64,000 bases of DNA from Thermoanaerobaculia bacterium (GCA_963846495.1 CAWJWP010000016.1:213879-277878), one strand, 5' to 3'; shown: positions 41,228-50,460, counted from the first letter of the stretch. The notes: generated by a model from the letters alone, not told the origin. Made by a program: numbers and translations.

Positions 41228-43651
41228 TCAGGCGCTTTCGCGCTCGAGCTGTTCGCGCAGCAGGCGCTGGAGGAGCTGCGGGTTGGCGCGGCCGCCGGTC
41301 TCTTTCATCACCTGGCCGACGAACCAGCCGAGGAGACCCGTGCGGCCCTGTCGATACGCGGCGGCGTTCGACGGCTCGCGCGCGACGACGCGCGTCACTG
41401 CGTCGCCGAGGGCGGACTCGTCGCTGACCTGCGCGAGGCCGCGCGCTTCGACGATCGCGCGCGGGCTGCCGCCCGTGCGGACGAGCTCGGCGAGCACCGA
41501 CTTCGCGGCGGTCGCCGACAGCGTGTCGTCGTCGACCAGCGCGAGCAGCTCGGCGAGGGCGGCGCCGGTGACGGGCGACGCAGCGACGTCGACGCCGGCG
41601 GCCTCGAGCTCGCGCTGCAGCTCGTTGGCGATCCAGTTGGCGAGCGTTCGCGCGTTGACGCCGGCGGCAGCGCCGGCGGCGATGCCGTCGTCGAAAAACT
41701 CTCGTAGCGCCGGACGCGAAGTGAGCACGCGCGCCGACTCGACCGTGAGGTCGTAGCTCTCGCGCAGCGCCGCTACCTCGGGAGTCTCGGCTGCCTCAGT
41801 CCGAACGGCGGGCGCGGAGCCCGCCCTACCGTGCGCGGCTCTGTCATCGCCGGTGCGCGCCGCTGCGGTGTCCGCCTCCGGCGTAGGGCGGGCTCCGCGC
41901 CCGCCGCGACGCTCGCGATCGTCGGACCGCGCCGGCCTCTCCTGCTGCCGCCGCGCCAGCTTCGCCCAGGTGTCCTTCAACGTCACGATACGGTTGAAGA
42001 CACGCCGTCCTTCGGCCGCCGACTCGGGCTCGAGGTAGAAGTAGCCCTGCCGCTCGAACTGCCAACGGCTCGCGGGCTCGGCCTCCGCAAGTCCCGGCTC
42101 CGCCTTCGCACTCGCGATGACGCGCAGCGAGTCGGGGTTGAGACCCCCGCGATAGTCGCCCGCCGCGTCCGGGCTCTCGTCGCGGAACAGACGGTCGTAG
42201 AGCCGCGCCTCGACGTCGACGGCGTGCGCCGCCGACACCCAGTGCAGCGTGCCCGGCACCTTGCGTCCCGCCGGCGCCGCGCCGCCCGCGGTCGCCGGGT
42301 CGTAGGTACAGCGCACCTCGACGACCTCGCCGCGCTCGTCTTTCACGACGTCCGTGCAGCGCACGACGTAGGCGTAGCGCAGCCGCACCTCGGCGCCGAC
42401 CGTCAAGCGATGCCAGCCCTTCGGCGGCACCTCCGCGAAGTCGTCGCGCTCGATCCACAGCTCGCCGTCGAACGGCAGCTTGCGCGATCCCTCCTTCGGC
42501 ACGTCGTGCGGCCAGTAGGGCGCATCGAAGTGCTCGACCTTGCCGGCCGGCCAGTTCTCCACCACCAGCTTGAGCGGCTGCAGCACACAGAGCACGCGCG
42601 GCGCCTTGTCGTTGAGGTCCTCGCGCACCGCGTGCTCGAGCAGCGCCACGTCGACCGTGCTGTGCGCCTTGGCGACGCCGACGCGGTCGCAGAAGTTGCG
42701 GATCGACTCCGGCGTGTAGCCGCGGCGGCGGAAGCCGGACAGCGTCGGCATGCGCGGGTCGTCCCACCCCTGCACCAGCCCTGACTCCACGAGCTCGAGC
42801 AGCTTGCGCTTGCTCATCACCGTGTAATTGAGGTTGAGGCGCGCGAACTCGTACTGGCGCGGTCTCGGCTCCGGCCAGTCGACCGCTTCGAGCAGCCAGT
42901 CGTAGAGCTCGCGGTTGTTCTCGAACTCGAGGGTGCACAGCGAGTGGGTGATCCCCTCGAAGGCGTCCGAGAGCGGGTGGATGAAGTCGTACATCGGGTA
43001 GATGCACCAGGTGCTGCCGCGGCGGTAGTGCTCGGCGTGGCGGATGCGGTAGAGCAGCGGGTCGCGCATCTTCATGTTCGCCGCCGCCATGTCGATCTTG
43101 GCGCGCAGCACCGCGGCGCCGTCGGGCAGCTCGCCGGCGCGCATGCGGCGCAGCAGGTCGAGGTTCTCTTCCACGCTGCGGTCGCGATAGGGGCTCGGCC
43201 GCCCGGGCTCGGTGACGGTGCCGCGATAAGCGCGGATCTCCTCTTCCGAGAGACTGTCGACGTAAGCGAGCCCCTTCGTCACCAGCAGCTCGGCGAGCTC
43301 GTAGAGGCGCTCGAAGTAGTCGGAGGCGAAGTAGAGGCGATCGTCCCAGTCGAAACCGAGCCATCGCACGTCGCGCTGGATGGCCTCGACGTACTCCATG
43401 TCCTCGGTGAGCGGGTTGCTGTCGTCGAAGCGCAGGTTGCAGTGGCCGCCGAAGTCCGCCGGCAGCCCGAAGTTGAGGCAGATCGACTTGGCGTGGCCGA
43501 TGTGCGGATAGCCGTTGGGCTCGGGCGGGAAGCGAGACACGACGTGCTTGTGCTTGCCGGAGGCGAGGTCGGCTCGCACGATGTCCCTGACGAAATCCTC
43601 GCCAGGCTCGGCGGCCGGCGAACGGTCGCGAATGGAAGCCGGGTCGCTCAT
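41228..43651 (-). CDS. glnS: Glutaminyl-tRNA synthetase with C-terminal GatB/YqeY domain
   Basis: Class I signatures HIGH (PNGYPHIGHAKS) and VMSKR. The C-terminal ~190 aa form a GatB/Yqey-like domain (…GLLGWFVGQVMKETGGRANPQLLQRLL…). The start is taken as ATG 43651 (MSDPASIRD…); the 1015-aa ORF extends further upstream. Confidence 0.85.
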   Translation of the reverse strand: MSDPASIRDRSPAAEPGEDFVRDIVRADLASGKHKHVVSRFPPEPNGYPHIGHAKSICLNFGLPADFGGHCNLRFDDSNPLTEDMEYVEAIQRDVRWLGFDWDDRLYFASDYFERLYELAELLVTKGLAYVDSLSEEEIRAYRGTVTEPGRPSPYRDRSVEENLDLLRRMRAGELPDGAAVLRAKIDMAAANMKMRDPLLYRIRHAEHYRRGSTWCIYPMYDFIHPLSDAFEGITHSLCTLEFENNRELYDWLLEAVDWPEPRPRQYEFARLNLNYTVMSKRKLLELVESGLVQGWDDPRMPTLSGFRRRGYTPESIRNFCDRVGVAKAHSTVDVALLEHAVREDLNDKAPRVLCVLQPLKLVVENWPAGKVEHFDAPYWPHDVPKEGSRKLPFDGELWIERDDFAEVPPKGWHRLTVGAEVRLRYAYVVRCTDVVKDERGEVVEVRCTYDPATAGGAAPAGRKVPGTLHWVSAAHAVDVEARLYDRLFRDESPDAAGDYRGGLNPDSLRVIASAKAEPGLAEAEPASRWQFERQGYFYLEPESAAEGRRVFNRIVTLKDTWAKLARRQQERPARSDDRERRGGRGARPTPEADTAAARTGDDRAAHGRAGSAPAVRTEAAETPEVAALRESYDLTVESARVLTSRPALREFFDDGIAAGAAAGVNARTLANWIANELQRELEAAGVDVAASPVTGAALAELLALVDDDTLSATAAKSVLAELVRTGGSPRAIVEARGLAQVSDESALGDAVTRVVAREPSNAAAYRQGRTGLLGWFVGQVMKETGGRANPQLLQRLLREQLERESA

Positions 43652-43795
43652 TGAGTCGCCGATCAGCCCACGGCCTCGCTGTCGCTCGGGCGCCAGGCAG
43701 ACCTGGCGCCGCCGCTGCGCGGCGCCGCGGGTCCCTATCCGCCGTCCGTGCGCGCCGGCAGTAGAATCCGCGCACAGCTGCCAGGAGATCGCATC

Positions 43796-44100
43796 ATGTC
43801 CAACGCACCGGGGAATCGGGTCGACATCGTCGTCTGCCAGAAGCATGGCCTGCGCTACAACCGCGTCACCGATACCGGCTGCGCGATGTGCCGCCGCGAG
43901 GCGGCCGAGGCGGCCGGCGCACCGGCGAGCACGGGCGCGGTGCGCGTGGCAACCGCCCGCAACGGCGCCGCGGTCCGTGCCGCCCGACCGCCGGCTCCGC
44001 CTCCCGCGGCTGCTCGTCCGGTAGTGCCGCCCGCACCGCGACCCGCGGCGGCTCCTGCGCCGCGGCCGAGCGCCGGCTGCGCCAGCACCACCCCGCGTCG
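43796..44100 (+). CDS. Zinc-ribbon motif protein A (CxKHGLRYNR-x5-GCxxCRRE) with Pro/Ala-rich tail; frame unclear after ~44030-44100
   Basis: Begins MSNAPGNRVDIVVCQKHGLRYNRVTDTGCAMCRREAAE. Beyond the PA-rich region the plausible reading moves to another frame and runs into gene B without a stop. It may be one protein or two tandem paralogs. Confidence 0.4.
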
Positions 44101-44288
44101 CCGCCGCAACGCCGCCACGAGCAACTCCGACGCTCCCGCCAGCACCGCCGGCCTCGGCGGCGCCGACTCCCGCACCATTCGCGCCGCCCGCGACCGAAGC
44201 TCTGCCGTCGCTGCTTCCCGACCTACCGCCGCTCCTTCCCGATCTGCCGCCCGAGCCCGAGGCGCTGACCGCCACCGGCTCGCGACGG

Positions 44289-44804
44289 ATGGACGTCGCG
44301 ACCTGCGAGAAGCACGGCCTGCGCTACAACCGCGCCGTCGAGAGCGGCTGCGTGCGCTGCCGGCGCGAGAGCGGCGTGGCGACGACGGCCACGGCCGGCA
44401 CGGGAGCCAGTCGGCTGGGCACCGCGGTGCGGCTCGACGCGCCCTCTTCCGTCGGCACCCAGCTGCTCATCGCCGTCTTGCTCATCGGCGGCACCGGCGG
44501 CCTCTGCTTCGCGGCGCACCAGGCGGTGCTCAACAGCTTCGCCGGCGGTCTCCTCATGCAGACGGGGAGCGCCGGGATGGACGTCGTCGACGATCCCGGC
44601 GAGGCCTACGACGCAGCCGCCGAGCCCGCCGCCTGGCCGCCGCCGCGGCCGACAGGGCCGCAGCCCACCGCGCCTCCCGGCATGAAGGGGCGCGGCCCGG
44701 CCGAGGAGCAGAAGCAGATCGAGGAGCTCTTCCGCCAGATGCAAGAGGACGAGGCGAAAGAGCGCGGCGAGCAGCCGCCGCCCGCGGAAGAGATCCCGCA
44801 GTAG
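44289..44804 (+). CDS. Zinc-ribbon motif protein B (CEKHGLRYNR-x5-GCxxCRRE), single TM, acidic C-terminal tail
   Basis: MDVATCEKHGLRYNRAVESGCVRCRRE…, then the TM segment TQLLIAVLLIGGTGGLCFAAHQAVL, then …EEQKQIEELFRQMQEDEAKERGEQPPPAEEIPQ*. The N-terminal motif is duplicated from gene A. Confidence 0.55.
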   Translation: MDVATCEKHGLRYNRAVESGCVRCRRESGVATTATAGTGASRLGTAVRLDAPSSVGTQLLIAVLLIGGTGGLCFAAHQAVLNSFAGGLLMQTGSAGMDVVDDPGEAYDAAAEPAAWPPPRPTGPQPTAPPGMKGRGPAEEQKQIEELFRQMQEDEAKERGEQPPPAEEIPQ

Positions 44805-44807
44805 CGG

Positions 44808-45731
44808 CTAGCCTTCGTAGATCGCGTGCATCGCCGCGGAGTGGCGGCGGAAGAGCAGCCCGACGAAGTGCGGGGCGACGAAGGTCCAATAGATCCCGAG
44901 AATGCCGCTGAGCGCGATCCCGAGCAGCGGCAGGTGCTCGTTCAACAGCGCGCGGGTGATCACCACCACGCCGGCGAGCACGAAGGTGATGTTGACGATC
45001 TTCAGGCCGTCGCCGCCGGTCCGAAGCAGCGCCTTGACGTGGTTGTCGACGCGCAGCGCCGAGCGCCGCCAGTGCAGCGCCGCGCTGCCCCACGCCATCA
45101 CCGACAGCGCCGTGCCGAGCCACAGCGCCGTTGCCGCGCCGAGCCAGAAGCCGAGGTTCGGCTGCATCGTCGTCAGCCCCCCGATACCGAAGGCGAGCAG
45201 GAAAGCGACGAGCGGACCGACCTGCAGCAACGCGATCACCAGGTAGGTGAGGATCTCCACCACCCGCTCGCCGAAGCTCAAGTATTCGGGCCAGTCGGGC
45301 AGCTCGTTCTCCCACTTCGCGGTGCTCTCGACGATCTTGAACTGGATGCCGATGAGCAGCGACCACCAGCAGATCCACAGGAAGATCGGGAAGCACCCGA
45401 AGCCCCAGCGGGCGACGAAGGTGACGACGGCGGCGGTGATCAGCGAGGCGATGAAGAGGAAGAGGCCCGAGCCGCGGAACGGGTAGAGCAGCGCCTTGCC
45501 GATGCCGTACGGCCCTTGCGCCGCCACCTTCGCCACCTTGCGGCGCTCGTCGGTCGTCGCCGGCGCCGCCGCCTCGAGCGGCAGCGCGCGCTCGCCGCAC
45601 AGCTTGCAGAGCAGCAGCCGATGGCTCTCTTGGATGCAGGCGTCGCAGAGCAGCTTGCCGCAGCCGTCGCATTGGAAACGTGCTGCCGTCTGCGGATGCG
45701 TGACACAAGTCGAGGCGGCCGCCGGAGCCAT
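44808..45731 (-). CDS. Multi-TM membrane protein with N-terminal B-box/zinc-finger-like Cys/His cluster
   Basis: ATG 45731 is preceded by GGAGA. The N-terminus reads CVTHPQTAARFQCDGCGKLLCDACIQESHRLLLCKLCGE, followed by ~7 hydrophobic helices. Confidence 0.55.
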   Translation of the reverse strand: MAPAAASTCVTHPQTAARFQCDGCGKLLCDACIQESHRLLLCKLCGERALPLEAAAPATTDERRKVAKVAAQGPYGIGKALLYPFRGSGLFLFIASLITAAVVTFVARWGFGCFPIFLWICWWSLLIGIQFKIVESTAKWENELPDWPEYLSFGERVVEILTYLVIALLQVGPLVAFLLAFGIGGLTTMQPNLGFWLGAATALWLGTALSVMAWGSAALHWRRSALRVDNHVKALLRTGGDGLKIVNITFVLAGVVVITRALLNEHLPLLGIALSGILGIYWTFVAPHFVGLLFRRHSAAMHAIYEG

Positions 45732-45928
45732 CGATGCACCCTTTCTCCGCTGCTTGGTGGGGGCGGATTATGGCACGCGGTCGCGCGCTCTCCGGGCGCG
45801 GCAACCTCCTCGGCACGCGCATTTCCGAGAGCCGGGAATGCCGATTGCACCCGCGCCAGCCGACGGCTGCCGCCGAGCGGCGGCTCACACCATGGAATTC
45901 GACATCTACATCTAAGGAGGCGTCTTCA

Positions 45929-46255
45929 ATGTTCGCCAGACATCACGTTACGCAGCGCCCCGTGCGCCAGGCCTTGAAGATCACCCGCGAAGCGGTCAAT
46001 CACGCCCTCGACGTCGCCGAGCCTCGCATCGAACGCGCGGCCTGCGATTTCGAGGACCTCTCGCGCGACGCGCTGAAGTCGCTGCGCAAGCGCTCGGCGG
46101 CGCAGCTCGACGATCTCCTCGGCGGCTACGGCCGGCTCGAGAAGAAGATGCGCAAGCGGCTGCCCGCGACGCTGGCACGGCAGCGCTTCGGGAAGCTGGC
46201 GCTCATCGCCGCCGGTGTCGCCATCCTCGCGTTCGGCATCTTCCGCTCGTCATAG
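45929..46255 (+). CDS. ElaB/YqjD (DUF883)-like small protein with C-terminal membrane anchor
   Basis: ATG 45929 is preceded by the strong RBS TAAGGAGG. It is 108 aa, helical, with C-terminal TM segment LALIAAGVAILAFGIF. Confidence 0.5.
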   Translation: MFARHHVTQRPVRQALKITREAVNHALDVAEPRIERAACDFEDLSRDALKSLRKRSAAQLDDLLGGYGRLEKKMRKRLPATLARQRFGKLALIAAGVAILAFGIFRSS

Positions 46256-46258
46256 CGA

Positions 46259-46495
46259 GTGACGACGACGATGCTCGCGCGACTCGCCACCGCTGCCGCG
46301 ATTGCGAAAGCACCGCGCACGACGTTCGTGTTGCGCCAGCTGGTGCGCCGCCCCAAGACGACTACGGCCGCTCTCGTGCTGACGATCGGTCTGCGCGAGA
46401 GCCGGACGCTACGCAAGCTGGCCGGCGGTCTGCTCGGCCTCGCTGCGCTCGGCGTCACCCTCCCCATCCTCGCGGTGTGGAGGCTGCGACGCTGA
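46259..46495 (+). CDS. Small hypothetical membrane protein
   Basis: ~74-78 aa with two hydrophobic segments. It lies immediately downstream of the ElaB-like gene. Confidence 0.35.
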   Translation: MTTTMLARLATAAAIAKAPRTTFVLRQLVRRPKTTTAALVLTIGLRESRTLRKLAGGLLGLAALGVTLPILAVWRLRR

Positions 46496-46510
46496 GCCTC
46501 AGCTCCCCCA

Positions 46511-46569
46511 CCCCTGCCCCCGGTTGAACGACCTCGGTTGAACGACCCAAGGGGCGGGGGACGCCTTTT
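46511..46569 (+). terminator. Intrinsic terminator-like hairpin CCCCUGCCCC…GGGGCGGGGG with a 30-nt loop containing a GGTTGAACGACC direct repeat, followed by TTTT
   Basis: 10-bp stem including one G-U pair. A T-run at 46566-69 follows. It lies after the ElaB-like operon. Confidence 0.5.
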
Positions 46570-46725
46570 ACCGCTTCGCCTCGGCCTCTAAATCCTTCCA
46601 GCCAAATCCTTTACGGATTTGGAATGCAGTCCGTACAACCCCTGTTGTAAGACACGGACAGCAACCCACGAGCGCCCCTGAGCACCCGGCTCGGGCGGCT
46701 TCACCAGGAAGGAGACGCCCGAGGC

Positions 46726-47475
46726 ATGAACGGACACTTCTCTGCCCGCCGCTCGATCCGTGCCCTCGTGCTCTTCGGGATCGCCGTGCTCACCTCCCTG
46801 GGCCTGCGCGCCTGGAACGACCAGCACGCCGTGCCGAAGAAGCTGCCGATGATCTCGTCGATGGCGCTGCCGGCGGACGAGATCGCCGACCTCGCCAAGG
46901 TGGCGGAGTGGCTGGGGCAGTCGCCTGCGGACCGCATGCCGGCCGCCCAGCTGGTCGAGGAGATCCGCAAGGACCGCGAGAGCTTCGCCGTCTTCGCCGG
47001 CTTCCACACCGAGCAGGAGCGGCGCGAGGCGCTGGTCGACGTGCCCTACGGCAAGGAGATCGCCAAGGCCGCCAAGGCGAACGGGGTGGACAGCCTGCTG
47101 GTCGCGGCGGTGGTCGAGATCGAGTCGACCTTCCGGCCCGACGCCGGCTCGCACAAGGGCGCCGTCGGCCTCATGCAGCTGCTGCCCAGCACGGCTGGGA
47201 TGTCGCGCGCCAAGCTGAAGAACCCCGGCACCAACCTCGAGGCGGGCGCGAAGTACCTGGCGAAGATGATCGACCGCTACGACGGCGACCTCGGTCTGGC
47301 GCTCGCGGCCTACAACGCCGGGCCCACCAACGTGCGGCGCTACAACGGCGTGCCCCCCTTCCCGGAGACCGAGCAGTACCTCGAGAAGGTGCTCAGCCGC
47401 TACGTCGACTACCACCGCGAGCTCTGGCAGACGAGCGGCGCGGCGCAGCTGGTGGCCGCGTCGGTCGCCTCCTGA
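46726..47475 (+). CDS. Lytic transglycosylase (SLT domain) protein
   Basis: RBS GGAAGGAG. SLT catalytic region …VVEIESTFRPDAGSHKGAVGLMQLLPSTA…AYNAGP. Confidence 0.8.
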   Translation: MNGHFSARRSIRALVLFGIAVLTSLGLRAWNDQHAVPKKLPMISSMALPADEIADLAKVAEWLGQSPADRMPAAQLVEEIRKDRESFAVFAGFHTEQERREALVDVPYGKEIAKAAKANGVDSLLVAAVVEIESTFRPDAGSHKGAVGLMQLLPSTAGMSRAKLKNPGTNLEAGAKYLAKMIDRYDGDLGLALAAYNAGPTNVRRYNGVPPFPETEQYLEKVLSRYVDYHRELWQTSGAAQLVAASVAS

Positions 47476-47595
47476 TCCTGATCGTCGGCTGATCCGCGCG
47501 GCGTTCGCAGCCGCGACTCGCGAGGCCCGCCACCACCGGCGGGCCTCGTCGTTTTTCGTCGTCGCTTCACCGCACCCGCCGCTACAATCCCGCCC

Positions 47596-50460
47596 GTGGG
47601 TCGTCGTGACGAAGCCGATCGCCGGCCCGCCGACGCCACTCCCATCGCCATCGTCTCGCCGCCGCCGGTGCCGCTCACCTCGCTGGTGGGGCGGACGCGC
47701 GAGCTCGCGGACCTCGAGGAGCTGGTCGCCGCGCGGCGGCTGGTGACCCTCACCGGCGTCGGCGGCAGCGGCAAGACGAGGCTCGCCACCGAGCTGGCGC
47801 TGCGCCTCGAGCACGCGCAACCGGGCAGCGTCGCCTGGGTGGAGCTGGGGCGCTGCATGGACGCCGGCCTCGTCGCGCAGCAGGTGGGCGCCGCGCTGTC
47901 GCTGCGCGCCATGCAGGGCGGCGACCTGGTGCCGGCGCTCGTCGCCGCGCTGCGCGACCGCCAGCTGCTGCTCGTCCTCGACGACTGCGAGCACCTCGTC
48001 GACGCCGTCGCCGAGGTGGCCGGCGCGCTGCTCCAGCGCTGCCCGAGCCTGCGCATCGTCGCCACCAGTCGCGAGCCGCTCGGCGTCGGCGGCGAGCGCA
48101 TCTGGCCGGTGCCGCCGGTCACCGCCGAGGAGGGCGCGCGGCTCTTTGCCGAACGCGCCGGCGCCGTCGACCCGACCTTCGCGCTCGGCACCGGCAACGC
48201 GGCGTCGATCGCCGAGATCTGCCGGCGCCTCGACGGCATCCCGCTCGCCATCGAGCTCGCCGCCGCGCGCGCCCGCGTGCTCACCGTCGAGCAGATCGCC
48301 GCCCGCCTCGAAGACCGCTTCGCTTTGCTGACCGGCGGCGCCCGCACCGCCGTCGCGCGCCACCGCACGCTGCGCGCCGCCATCGACTGGAGCTTCTCGC
48401 TGCTGCAGGAGCGCGAGCAGGCGCTGCTGGCGCGCCTCGCCGTCTTCCCCGCCTGCTTCTCGCTCGAGTCGGTCGAGGCGATCTGCGGCGGTGACCTCGA
48501 CGTCGACCTCGATCTCCTCACCGGCCTCGTCGACAAGTCGCTGGTGGCGACGACCGTCCGCGGCGGCAGCGTCCGCTACGCGCTGCTGCAGACGATCCGC
48601 CAGTACGCGAGCGAGCGGCTGGCCGAGCGCGGCGAGGCCCTCGAGCTGGGCCGCCGGCACGCCCTCGCCTTCCTCGACTTCGCCCGCGCCGCCAAGGTCG
48701 ACCCCATGGGCGACGTGATGCATCGCCTCGAAGAGATGGCAACCGATCACGACAACGTCCGCGCTGCGCTGTCGTGGGGCCTCGAGCACGAGCCCGACAC
48801 CGTCGCGCTGCCGCTCGCGGCCGCCTATCGCTGGTTCTGGTACTACCGCATCCTGTGGAGCGAAGGGCTGCGCTGGACGACGCTGGTGCTGGAGCGCGCG
48901 ACCGCCACGCTCTCACCCGAGCGCACCAGCGTGCTGACGGCGGCCGGCAGCTATGCCGGTTACACCGGCGACCTCGCCACCGGCCGCCGCCGGCTCGAAG
49001 AGGCGGAAGCGATGTGGCGGGCGCTCGGGGACGACCGCGAGCTGGCGCTGGCGCTCTCCGGGCTCGCCGTGTTCCTCGCCGGCATGGGCGAGCTCGATGC
49101 CGCCGCCCGGCGCGCCGACGAGGCGCTGGCGTCGGCGCGCACCAAGGGCTCGCGCTGGGACGTCGCCTACTGCCTCGCCGGCTCCACCGCGTACGTGGCG
49201 GAGCGGCGCGGCGCGCTCGCGGAGGCCGACCGCGCCTACGGCGAGGCGGAGACGATCTTCGGCTCGCTCGACAACACCTTCGGCCTCCCCTTCGTGCTCA
49301 GCCTGCGCGCGCTCCTGGCGGTGCGGCGCGGCGACCTCGAGGCTGCCGCGCGCGGCGCCCGCGCGGCGCTGGTCGAGAGCCGCTCGCTGCGCTATCTCTG
49401 GTTCGCCGCCCGCGCCCTGCGCGTGCTGGCCTTCGCCAGCGGCGACGACCTGCCGCGCGCGGCGCGGCTGCTCGGTGCCGCCGACGCCACGCTGCGCACC
49501 GTCGGCGCCACGATGATGCAGCACGAGCGGGTGGAGCACGAGCGGCTGATGGAGACGTTGCGCGGCGCGCTGTCGGCCGAGGAGCTCGAGGCGGCGCTGC
49601 GCGAAGGGCGGAGCATGAGCTTCGAGGAGGCGTGCGACTTCGCGCTCCAGAGCGCGGCGGCTGCGCGCGCCGCGCAGCACGACGCGGAGCCGGCGCGGCC
49701 GGCGATCTGCGCTAGCGGCCCCGCGCTGGTCGTCGACGACCTCGGCCCGCTCGTCATCACGCTCGGCGGCCAGCCGATCGCGCAGGAGGGGCGGGCGGCG
49801 ACGCGGGTGCGCGAGCTCCTCGCCTTCCTCCTCGCTCATCCCGCCGGCGCGACGAAAGAGGAGGTCGGCGTCGCCTTCTGGCCCAACGCCGCCAGCGTGC
49901 AGGTGAAGAACGCCTTCCACGTCACCCTCCACCGCCTGCGCCGCCTGCTCGGCGGCGCCGAGTCGGTGGCGGCCGAGGGCGGCAGGTATCGCGTGACGAT
50001 CCCGTTCCTCCTCGTCTCGCAGCGCTTCGAGAGCGAGGTGAGCGCGGCGCTGCGTGACGGCGATGCGGCGCACGTCGACGCGGCGCGGCTCGACGCCGCG
50101 CTGGCGCTCTACCGCGGCGATTACCTGCAGGGCGAGGACGTCGGCGAGTGGAGCCTGCCGATGCGCACGCGGCTGCGCGAGGTCTGTCTGCGCGGCCTCT
50201 GCGCGCTCGGTCGCGCCCACGAGACGCGCGGCCGCTACGCCGACGCGGCGGACGCTTACGGCCGCGCCCTCTCGCGCGAGCCCTTCCACGAAGGTGCTGC
50301 GCGCCAGCTGATGATCTGCCGCGCGCGCCTCGGCGCCCGCTCCGAGGCGCTCCTCGTCTTCCGCCAGCTCGAGCAGCGCCTGCGCGAGGACCTGGCGGCG
50401 GCGCCCGAGCCCGAGACGAGCGCCCTCTTCCGCCGCCTGCGCCAGAACGAAGCGGTCTGA
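47596..50460 (+). CDS. STAND-type regulator: N-terminal NB-ARC/AAA ATPase, central TPR, C-terminal winged-helix plus BTAD (SARP-like) domain
   Basis: Walker A GVGGSGKTRLA and Walker B LLLVLDDCEH. The helical repeat middle is followed by the C-terminal …RELLAFLLAHPAGATKEEVGVAFWP…LHRLRRLL… and a BTAD-like region (LALYRGDYLQGE…). Confidence 0.75.
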   Translation: MGRRDEADRRPADATPIAIVSPPPVPLTSLVGRTRELADLEELVAARRLVTLTGVGGSGKTRLATELALRLEHAQPGSVAWVELGRCMDAGLVAQQVGAALSLRAMQGGDLVPALVAALRDRQLLLVLDDCEHLVDAVAEVAGALLQRCPSLRIVATSREPLGVGGERIWPVPPVTAEEGARLFAERAGAVDPTFALGTGNAASIAEICRRLDGIPLAIELAAARARVLTVEQIAARLEDRFALLTGGARTAVARHRTLRAAIDWSFSLLQEREQALLARLAVFPACFSLESVEAICGGDLDVDLDLLTGLVDKSLVATTVRGGSVRYALLQTIRQYASERLAERGEALELGRRHALAFLDFARAAKVDPMGDVMHRLEEMATDHDNVRAALSWGLEHEPDTVALPLAAAYRWFWYYRILWSEGLRWTTLVLERATATLSPERTSVLTAAGSYAGYTGDLATGRRRLEEAEAMWRALGDDRELALALSGLAVFLAGMGELDAAARRADEALASARTKGSRWDVAYCLAGSTAYVAERRGALAEADRAYGEAETIFGSLDNTFGLPFVLSLRALLAVRRGDLEAAARGARAALVESRSLRYLWFAARALRVLAFASGDDLPRAARLLGAADATLRTVGATMMQHERVEHERLMETLRGALSAEELEAALREGRSMSFEEACDFALQSAAAARAAQHDAEPARPAICASGPALVVDDLGPLVITLGGQPIAQEGRAATRVRELLAFLLAHPAGATKEEVGVAFWPNAASVQVKNAFHVTLHRLRRLLGGAESVAAEGGRYRVTIPFLLVSQRFESEVSAALRDGDAAHVDAARLDAALALYRGDYLQGEDVGEWSLPMRTRLREVCLRGLCALGRAHETRGRYADAADAYGRALSREPFHEGAARQLMICRARLGARSEALLVFRQLEQRLREDLAAAPEPETSALFRRLRQNEAV

